A DNA stretch of 64,000 nt from Eledone cirrhosa (Eukaryota): NCBI GenBank assembly GCA_964016885.1, contig OZ024740.1:204228001-204292000 (forward strand), read 5' to 3'. The notes under the pieces are model-generated. The model did no database searches, was not told where the DNA came from, and saw only the letters and a list, made by a program, of their open reading frames with translations. Numbering within the stretch: the stretch's first letter is position 1; the number at the start of each line of letters is the position of its first letter. This document shows, piece after piece, positions 54,745 through 64,000 of this stretch. Position numbers and translations under genes: made by a program.

Positions 54745-56080
54745 TGAACTCCAATCACCATGGTTTCCGTAATGGAAGGGAGTGCCTAACGCACCTCCTG
54801 CATCACCTTTTGATGATGTTTTGAGAGCTTGGAGAGAGGGCTCCAACACTGATGTCATCTACCTTGATTTCAGCAAGGCCTTTGACAGGGTTGATCATAA
54901 GATTCTATTGAAAAGACTATCCAACATTGGTGTCTCTGGAAAGTTACTACAGTGGATCAAGTGTTTCCTGACAGACAGAGCCCAATATGTTGTAGTCGGA
55001 GGAGTAAAATCAAGCCCAGCCAAAGTCAGCAGTGGCGTCCCACAATGCACTGTGTTGGGCCCGCTTCTTTTCATCATCTACATTAATGACATTACTGACA
55101 TCATCAAACACAGCAACATTAGAATCTTCGCAGATGATTTCAAGCTCCAAAGGGTCATCAATGAGGTGGGTGACCGGACTTGCCTTCAGTCAGACTTATT
55201 GGCTGTTATCCAATGGGTGGAAAAGAACAATATGCTGTTGAATGAGGATAAGTTCGAGTTAATCCACGAAAAAAGGATGGCCTGAAACTCCCATACTCTC
55301 TTCCTTCAGGTGAAACTCTCGTGGCATCCAAAAACATCAGAGACTTGGGAGTAATTGTGGACAACAACATAAGCTGGGCCACTCATATAAACAGCAAAGT
55401 TGACATGTCCCGCAGAATGTGTTCCTGGATTCTCAGAACCTTCCAGTCGAGAACTATCCACACTATTATCCTTCTCTTCTCCACTTTTGCCCGACCCCAC
55501 CTTGAATACTGTTGTCCACTGTGGTCTCCCCATACGAAACAAAGTATCATGAAAGTTGAAGAACCCCAAAGGTCAATCCCCAAAAAATAGATGGCATGAC
55601 AGGCCTTGACTATTGGAGTCGATTAGAAAAGCTCAACCTTTATTCTCTCTAACGTCGCCGTGAGCGCTACATTATCTGCATGGTGTGGAAAATATTCCAT
55701 CAGCATTGCCCAAATGATGTTGGCATTACCTTTAAAGTACACCTAAGGCTTGGGTCCCGTGCTATCCGCCCACGACAAAAATCTCACTCGCATCTCATAA
55801 CAACAATACGGCACAATTATTTCACCTCAATTGGACCCGCTCTCTTTAACATTACACCAAAACACATTAAAACAAAAACAGACCCCATAAAGTTCAAGAA
55901 GTCTTTGGACAAATTCCTTCAAGAAATCCCGGATAAACCCGGATATGCCTCCGTAAACAATAACTCTCTACTTGAGTGGGCCATGGTGCCCCAATCCTGA
56001 TTTGAAAGACTTCGCCAAGTTAGACATGGCCTGGGCCAATACTGACTGAAACCTATCAAAGTTATCAAAGTTATCAAAGT
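54742..56080 (+). mobile_element. 5'-truncated CR1-group LINE, RT to 3' end
   Basis: YLDFSKAFDRVDH, SGVPQ..VLGP, IFADD, RPHLEYC..LWSP; 3' tail (AAGTTATCA)n. Confidence 0.88.
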
Positions 56081-57473
56081 TATATATATATATATATATA
56101 TAAAATATAATATAAATCGATGTAGCCAGGTCCGTTGTCTCACAATCTTTTCTGCCATTTCTAAAAATGACTGCTAATCTGCTGCTACAGTCCGTACTGC
56201 GTCTGTATATGCATATTGTCTTCTCTTTGTTGGGGCGGCACGCGCAACATCAGCATACTTCCGGGGCAGTGACTCTATGTGCTGTGTCGTGTGTTTGTAT
56301 TGGTTTGGCTGGAATATTTGGGATACAGCTCAGCAAAGCCATGTGTAACCCTATGTGGACATAGGCCCACTCAATTTCCTTTCATTTCTTCTTTATCTGT
56401 ATCAAAGTCCTCAAAACGCCATAGCTCTTCAAGGTCTCCGCATTTATTTTGCATGTATACAGGCGTAAACATATTGTTTAGAAACCTATACATGGGCTCA
56501 TCAAGTTCATTTGCATATAGAGCTATATATATATATACATGGTGGCTGCCAACTCGTTTTCGGGTACGGCCACTACTTTATATCCATGTAGGAGAACCCC
56601 TACCGATGCGCTGAACGAGTGTGACTTTTTAGTCCAGTCAGCCACTTGAAAACTCTGGTACAAACACTACACTTGTGACAATTATTGACACATAGTGTTG
56701 GGCCCATGGTACCATGTGACGACAAGTGCAGAGAGATCTCCAGATATAAAGCAATGCCTGTGCTGTGAAGCTTTTATAGTGAGCAAAGGCACTGCACAAA
56801 GCCAGTCCCACTCTCTTAACGAAGATGCTATTTACCAAAAAGAAGAACAAGTCAACATCATTGGATACCATCAGGGTTGCAGGTGTTATATCAGAGTTTT
56901 CCTTCTCCTAGAATTCCTCCTTGACGAAGGCTAAGGGGTCATCTCTCCCAGTGATTTTGGACGGCCATTGACTCTTAAGAGCTCCTTTGCCCTTTGACAG
57001 GTTTTGTTTTTAGTCCTGCAGGATATCCAAAGTCACCCTCCTCACCAAGAAACCTTGGTGGGGTTGCCAGTTTAATCGCCAACGACCCAACCATATACAT
57101 ACATAAACATACATATATACATTTAATTCGTGATCACATCACATCTCCCTCAGTAATCATGTGAGAACGCCAAATCTCGTTTTTCAAGAGCTTTATCTAT
57201 CTTCAGTGACGTTAACTCACTCGGTCCTGAGGCAAAATCAGTTGATAGTTTATATATAGTTAATTGTGTATGTGTGCGTGTGTGTGTGGAGGGGGGGTGT
57301 ACGCGTCGAAATAGAATTTCCACTGGTTCCAGCTCATATGAACTGTCTCTTCGTGAACTTTTAGTGGAAGTTACTGAGGATTTCACCAACATTTCACCAA
57401 CCTTTAACGTAATCGCCATAAAGTTTCAGTCTAACGCTGTGTAAAAGCCGGTCATTTGAAAAATATTAGAAGA

Positions 57474-57849
57474 GGCTATGTAGCCAGTCCCGGTAAGAGT
57501 GTCAGACACCATGAGTTGCGGTCCGAGTTAAAATAATTATTAAGACAATTTGAAATCTTTCCCACCATCAATTGTTAAAAAATAAGTTAAAATCATTTAG
57601 TCATCATCTTATTATAATTCTGCTTAATAATTTTAGCAGAGTCAAATATTTTCAAAATTAAGAATTTTAACAGAAAAGCACGACTTGGGTTAATGATAGT
57701 AGTCACTACCTGGGTTCTAAAACACTATTTATTATTTAGCAGCAAAATAAGATTCCGGGACACGGCTAGAGTTGCGTCCCTTTAAGGTTTACCGGTAAAT
57801 TAAGCTTAAAAAGCATGCTTGTCTATTTTGTAGGGACCGGCTACGTAGC
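57474..57849. mobile_element. Possible MITE with ~18-bp terminal inverted repeats
   Basis: gctatgtagccagtccc / gggaccggctacgtagc; no clean TSD. Confidence 0.4.
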
Positions 57850-58500
57850 TTATTCCAAAACTATTTTGTTCTACGTTATGAATTACAGGTATAATCCATC
57901 AAACTGAGTTCAAAATAGTTTTCGTCTACCAATTTCCCGGAAATAAAAATTGTTTTTAATTTCTGATTTCATGATGATGGTGGTGGTGGTGGTGGTGGTA
58001 CATGAAAGTTGACTATATCTGATTTCACTAAACATTGAGGATGAAATATATCTTCTTATTTCAATAATATAATGAGATATGCTAAACTTTAATTGACATA
58101 AATGTTATTTGCTGTCTAGTATATGTAAAGTGGATCTGCGTGGGGTAGTGGTAAGGGTGTTGGGCTTATGACCATAACGTCGTAGGTTCGATTCCTGGAC
58201 TGTGTTGTGTTGTGTTCTTGAGCAAAACACTTCATTTCACGCTTCATTGCTCCAGTAAAACCCCAGCAATAGCTGGGGTTTTAACCCTGCGATGGACTGG
58301 CGTCATGTCCAGTAGAGGAGTATTGCACACTCAGGTGCTCAACGCCATGGAAAGTACTGGGATAAGCCTGATGAGCCTCTGGGCTTGAGACAGACTTTAG
58401 AGTATATGTAAAACAATATTTTCTCGATAATATATATTCCATTAGTCTAATTACAAATATTTATTTTTATTACAATTTCATTTCAATTTCTTTGTCTCAG

Positions 58501-58633
58501 TAAAAGCTCGGTTTCTTTCCGGTAGCGACAGAGGTGCTGTTCAAGTCTTCTACGATGGAAATTGGAGATTTATTAGTTATAACCATTTCGTATATGATGC
58601 AGGACGTGTCATCTGCAGAATGTTGGGATTTAC
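58501..58633 (+). CDS. SRCR exon, first half of domain 6
   Basis: tctcag|TA...AC|gtaag; KARFLSGSDRGAVQVFYDGNWRFISYNHFVYDAGRVICRMLGF. Confidence 0.9.
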
Positions 58634-59867
58634 GTAAGTAATCAACTGTTAATAATTTCATATATATAATGTAATTAATATATAATATATAAAGTAAAAA
58701 GACTCCCCCCTTCGGTTACGAATTACTGAGGTTTTTGCACCTAGAAAGGCACAAAACCGAGCAAGGTGATCTTGTTGAAGACCAACAGTAACCTATGTAT
58801 GCCACCAATGTCATCCAAGTGAAAGACAATGGCTGATACAGCTTGGCACCAGTGACGTCGCAACAGTTGAGTGAACTGGAGCAACGTGAAATAAAGTGTT
58901 CGATTATGAAACCAATACACTAACCACTAGGCCACACACCTCCACATATATATTATAAGCATAACTTTCTGTGAATGTAGCCATGGCCAAAAAGAGTTGA
59001 CGTCATCAGATTATGTCGAACATTCATTGAGTGTTTCGATCCTGAACTGTAACACCCTCTAGTTTCTGGGTCGGCAATGATGGTCAAATTGCTATCTATC
59101 TCCTCCTGGCTTCCAACTTATTTCCTCTTTCTTGTTAACATAACTGGTAAGAGGCTTCTACCTTCTCTCTTCCAATAGTAGTGGATATTTTATATACCGG
59201 TTGGGCTGGGTATAGCCATGCCTCACACCCTTTTCCTCTGTATAATACAATTGATATAATATAATATTATATGTGTGTGTGTGTGTGTGTGTGTAATTCT
59301 TAGATGTATTTTCTAAGGTTGCTACTATATAAAGATATATTTTCGGCAACACAACAAATGGTCTTCAAATCAAAATATTCTTTTATTACTCAAATATAAA
59401 TTTCTGTATTTCCACCTTGGTTTCGTAATTTCAGATGACCATAATAGGCAATAGCACCTATTGACCTCTACAAAGACTTCTCTGGCTGCCTCTAAATTAT
59501 CATGGCTGCGTAAGAAATGCATTTTAATACTTATATTGCATTCAAGATTCTTGGAAGGAAAATATAACTTATTTATTCGATCATCCTAGTTTTCGGATTT
59601 GATATTGTCCAAAACGCTTTCACATCTTCTGTTAATGCAACCAAAATATTTTTCTTGAGTAAACTCATAAATAGCACGTCCTTCATTAATATTCTTGGGC
59701 ACATCAAAGATGCCTTCAATTTCTCTGGATTTAGAGTTGGAAATATTCCACGTAGATATTTGCATAGATATATGTCGGCATATTAATCCCCGAAATATGT
59801 CGATTTCTCTTTAGTAATCAAACATTTGTAATCTTACATTCTAACATTTTGCGCGTCTCTCTTACAG

Positions 59868-60031
59868 GCGATTTGAAACCAGTTATAGCTATGGTGGTAG
59901 TAACGTGAACACATTTCAATTGAAGTCATTTGATTGCCATGGAAATGAATCTGTGATAACGGAATGTACTAATCTGCAGTGGGGAATGGTCGCAGCTAAC
60001 GTGCAGTACACCTGTGTGAGATGTTCTTCAG
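59868..60031 (+). CDS. SRCR exon, second half of domain 6
   Basis: ttacag|G...G|gtatc; RFETSYSYGGSNVNTFQLKSFDCHGNESVITECTNLQWGMVAANVQYTCVRCSS. Confidence 0.88.
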
Positions 60032-60230
60032 GTATCTTATATCTCTTTTATGCCACAACTAACGACAATCTAGTCTAAGTGAGTTATTCCCCAGGTAGTT
60101 ATTTCTTTAATGCCACAGTTAACTACTATCGTGTCTAAGTGAGTTATTCTTCAGGTCATTTCTTTAATGGCACAGCTCACGACAATCTAATCTAAGTGAG
60201 TTATTCCTCAGGTAGCTTATATTTCTTCTT
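60015..60230 (+). repeat. ~60-bp degenerate tandem repeat (3+ copies) that includes the exon donor
   Basis: gtgag.t.ttc..cag|gt recurs with GT at 60032, 60095, 60155 and 60212. Confidence 0.85.
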
Positions 60231-60934
60231 ATATTCTTAAATTATAGAACCATTACTAGCAGAATCAGTAGAGAGACAGAGTAAAATCATCATGGACATA
60301 AATACTTATAATATGCAGTTTCATCTTTTAAAGATCTACTTTCAAATCCCGCTAACACTCGTCAAATAGTGAAGTCGGTTCTATCAAATATATCGATTCC
60401 CTAAAATGTACTGTTTTGTCGATTTATTGCTTCAAATCATTATTACTAATAAAGTCGTACGTTTTCGGAAAATATTGAACATCCTTCTGTATTTCGACGT
60501 TTTATTCTATCATCTGGAATTTGTTGAATATGTTTCAGTTAAATAAGGGTTTCTGATTTAGGCACATGGCCAACAATTTTATATGGAGGGAGAAAGTCGA
60601 TTAAATCGATCCCAGTGTATTACTGGTACTTTATTTTATCGACCCTGTAGGGATGAAAGGCAAAGCTAACCTCGGCGCGATTTGAACACAGAACGTTAAG
60701 GGCCATAACTCTATGCTGCAAAGCATGTTGTTCAACGCTCTACCGATACTGCTAATCCACATGGCCGATTCAGACAGCTATACGTACATATCTTCTAAAA
60801 TTTGCAGCATTTGACTCTTTTACTCTCTTATTGATTTCAGTCAATAGACTGTGGCCATACTAAGGCACTGCCTTTCGAATCCAGTACTTATTCTTTGAAG
60901 ACTGCTACTTATTTGTCGAACCGCTAATTTACAG

Positions 60935-60985
<51 letters not shown>

Positions 60986-61665
60986 GCGCGCAAATACAGA
61001 GAGAGTATGTGTGCTTAGAAGACAGCAAGCCTTTAAAAATTGCCTCGATACTCAATTCGTGAAATAAAGAGTTATTCAAGAACACAGTACGCCGAACCCA
61101 CGTCATTACGATTGTGAGCCCAACACTCTAACCACGCCTACACCAGTAAGATAGATTAGCTCCCAATTAATAAACTAATTTAGAATTAGAATTTAGCTTC
61201 GACATAGTTGTATATGTACATGTATGGAAATTTCGTACATCTAAAGATATACGGTATGTTTGATAAATAGACATTTTGAAAGCCTCAGCTATGAATTGAA
61301 GGCTGACGGCCAGCACCGTCTAGTGGAATCCAGCAGAAGAAAGGGGGATAATTGTCTATGAATTTCTAACTTAAATGATTCTGGCTACGACTGGAGTTTG
61401 AGACAGGCGAAAATATATAGTTTCTTTCGCCTGTGTAAATGGGCTGATTAGCCTCATTTGCATACGAAGCTGTATAAGTTGGTTCAACTTAAAATAGAAT
61501 TAGAATTTAGCTTCGACATAGCTGTATACATACAAATATACGGTATCTTTAATAAATAAATTTAGAATGTTTCTTCGAGAAATTATAGATATATCTTTCA
61601 GTTACAAACTTTGAATATTGAAGTAAAAACTTTTACTCATACAATTTTGTTTTCTCTTTAAAAAG

Positions 61666-61798
61666 ATATTCGCTTCCACAATAGCAGAAGACAAGTTGGC
61701 GTCATTGAAATTTTGCACAACAAAGAATGGGGTGGCATTTGTGGTCGAGGTTGGACAAGAAACGATGCCATTGTAGCCTGCAAAACCATGGGATATTT
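61666..61798 (+). CDS. SRCR exon, first half of domain 7
   Basis: aaag|AT...TT|gtaag; IRFHNSRRQVGVIEILHNKEWGGICGRGWTRNDAIVACKTMGY. Confidence 0.9.
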
Positions 61799-62182
61799 GT
61801 AAGTTCAAGTATTTCAGTTGTCCTTTTTTTTTATTATTCTTAATTAATATTAATGATATTACTTTTATTTTGTCATTCCTGATAATTTCAAAACATTCAA
61901 TAATATACAAAATATTTGTTTGAATTTGAAATAAAAGCATTGTACAGCTCGCATGACTTTCGGAAACATTTTTTCCCGCCCAGAGTTGCTGAAGCATGAA
62001 ACAAACTACCTGTATCTGTTGTTAGCTGTCGAGACACTGCATCAATCAAAACTTCCATGCTTCCCGAAATTCGCCAACACTACACCTGATATTCACCCTC
62101 CATACACACGCACGCATTATTCTATGTATTATACATGTACCTTTGATGAGTTGTAATGCACCTGAGCACTGCACACCATAAC

Positions 62183-62565
62183 TTGGCAGTATCGGTAGAG
62201 GATCGGACGCCATGCTTTGCAGAATAGAGTTACGGTCCTTTACGGTCTGAGTTCAAATCCCGCCGAGGTTAACTTTGCCTTTCATCCTTACGGTGTCGAT
62301 AAAGTAAAAGTACCAGTCCCGCACTGGGGTCGATTTAATCGACATCCACCTCCCCCCCCCCCAAAAAAAAAAATTGCTGGCAGTATCGGTAGAGGGTCGG
62401 ATGCCATGCTTTGACGCATAGAGTTACGGCCCTTGCCATTCTGAGTTCAAATCCCGCCGAGGTTAACTTTACCTTTCATCATTACGGGGTCGATAAAATA
62501 AAGTACCAGTAATGCACTGATATAATTGCTGGCCTTGTGCCAAAAGTAGAAACAATTATTATTAA
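62183..62565 (+). mobile_element. Two head-to-tail SINE copies
   Basis: Same SINE core as 41342. Confidence 0.85.
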
Positions 62566-62879
62566 AGTATATATAGGCCTTGTGCCTATGTATACTTATT
62601 AAATCATTATTAAAGTATATTTTGAAATACCTTGCAGCATGTTATATTTATACTTGTTTTAAGAAAAAAGCTAGTGTTCAGCAGTTAATATGCAGTGGGT
62701 TGTCTTTTGCAGAGGGAAGAAAACATACGAAGAAATTTTCGTCCAACAACTTTTGTTGGTTTTCTTGAGGGGACGAGTGTCTCAGTCTTCGCACAGCGCT
62801 GATTTCCATTCCAGCCGTACAGCACTCAGCATCAAACCTATCAAATGTATGCCGGACATCACCACGATCGCGAATATAA

Positions 62880-63181
62880 CGGCCGAAATGGGGTTCCTCC
62901 GAAGGGTTTTTGGAGTCATGTTACTCGATAGAGTGCGTAGCTCGGAGATGAGAGAGTCACTTCAGGTAGAACCGCCACTTCTCTGAATTGGGCGATCACA
63001 GCTCCGATACTATGGCCATGTGGTTAGAATGTCTCAGGAAAGAATCGCTGGACATATTTTACGGGTAAAACCAGCCTGCAAGAGACCCAGGGATAGACCC
63101 TGAGCAAGGAGTGTTTCAGGACTCTTCCCCCACAGCCCTCTCCGAAATAAGTGCGTGAAGAAGAAAATAAAGGAGAAGGAT

Positions 63182-63246
<65 letters not shown>

Positions 63247-64000
63247 AGAAGAAATTTTGTTAGTTGACATTTCAGAGTTATTTTTTTTGCATCGATATAT
63301 GAATGAATGGATCTCCGTCGATTTCTACGATGAGTGTTCTAGTTTTTCGATCAACGGAACAGCCCGTTTCATGAAATTAACGTGGAAGTGGCTAAGCATT
63401 CCATCGACATGTTTACCCTTAACGTAATTCTCGGGGAGATTCAGCGTGAATTAGTTCATCCTACAATTTCCAGTACATGGGTTGGGCCAAGAGGCCTTGC
63501 ACTTGGATCGAACCCGGGAGCTAATGATTGCGAAGCGAACTTTTTAAACATTCAGCCATGCTGCGTTCACCGTGAAACTCAACGACAATATAAATTATAG
63601 TCCACGGGAAAAAAAGAAATTCTTTAAATAGAGCAGGCTACTTAAAACATTTGTCTGGTCCAGGGGAGATTACTTTGTGCTATTAGAGAAGTTAGTAACG
63701 TCCCTTGTCAAAATAAATTGTTAGATATATCCATATATGAAAGCAGGTAGAGAAGTTCAAGTGTCTCGGGGCCGTGTTCACGATTGGTGGAAGGCAGGAG
63801 GCTAAATTACGTGCAAGAATTGCTTTACCTGGTGCAGTAATGCGCCAGCTTCAGCATTCAGTAATCAGAAGAAGGGGGGTAGGCATAAAAGCCAAACTCG
63901 CTGTCTTCAATTCAGTTTTCGTGCCAATCCTCACCTATAGTCATGAATCTTGGGTAATGACCGAAAGAATACGATCGCGAATACAAGCGGCTGAAATGGG
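62880..64000 (+). mobile_element. RTE-like LINE remnants (62880-63110 and ~63590-64000) separated by (GA)n and a SINE
   Basis: AEMGFLRRVFGVMLLDRVRS; FVPILTYSHESWVMTERIRSRIQAAEM. Confidence 0.7.

Overview
Eukaryotic, AT-rich, microsatellite- and transposon-dense DNA. The SINE and Dong/R4 content is consistent with an octopus-like cephalopod (inference). The window lies inside one + strand gene for a multi-SRCR (scavenger receptor cysteine-rich, DMBT1-like) protein. I found 14 GT-AG exons by hand (2091 nt spliced, open frame): six complete SRCR domains plus two half domains. Each domain is split over two exons, with alternating phase-2 and phase-1 introns, and several have lost or rewired cysteines. 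The introns hold Tx1/L1, Dong/R4, CRE-like, CR1, RTE, Penelope-like (PLE), Chapaev3-like, mariner and hAT elements, MITEs and tRNA-derived SINEs. The strongest unexplained signal is about a dozen type I hammerhead ribozyme motifs (intact or degenerate). They sit in small elements, mostly inserted in (TA)n tracts, built as fold-back palindromes or 1.x-mer direct repeats. Many carry a GAGTRCTY motif near the 3' end, and one copy starts almost exactly at the predicted self-cleavage site. This looks like a PLE-driven family of ribozyme-bearing, retrozyme-like non-autonomous retroelements. All calls come from manual reading; no searches or folding programs were run.
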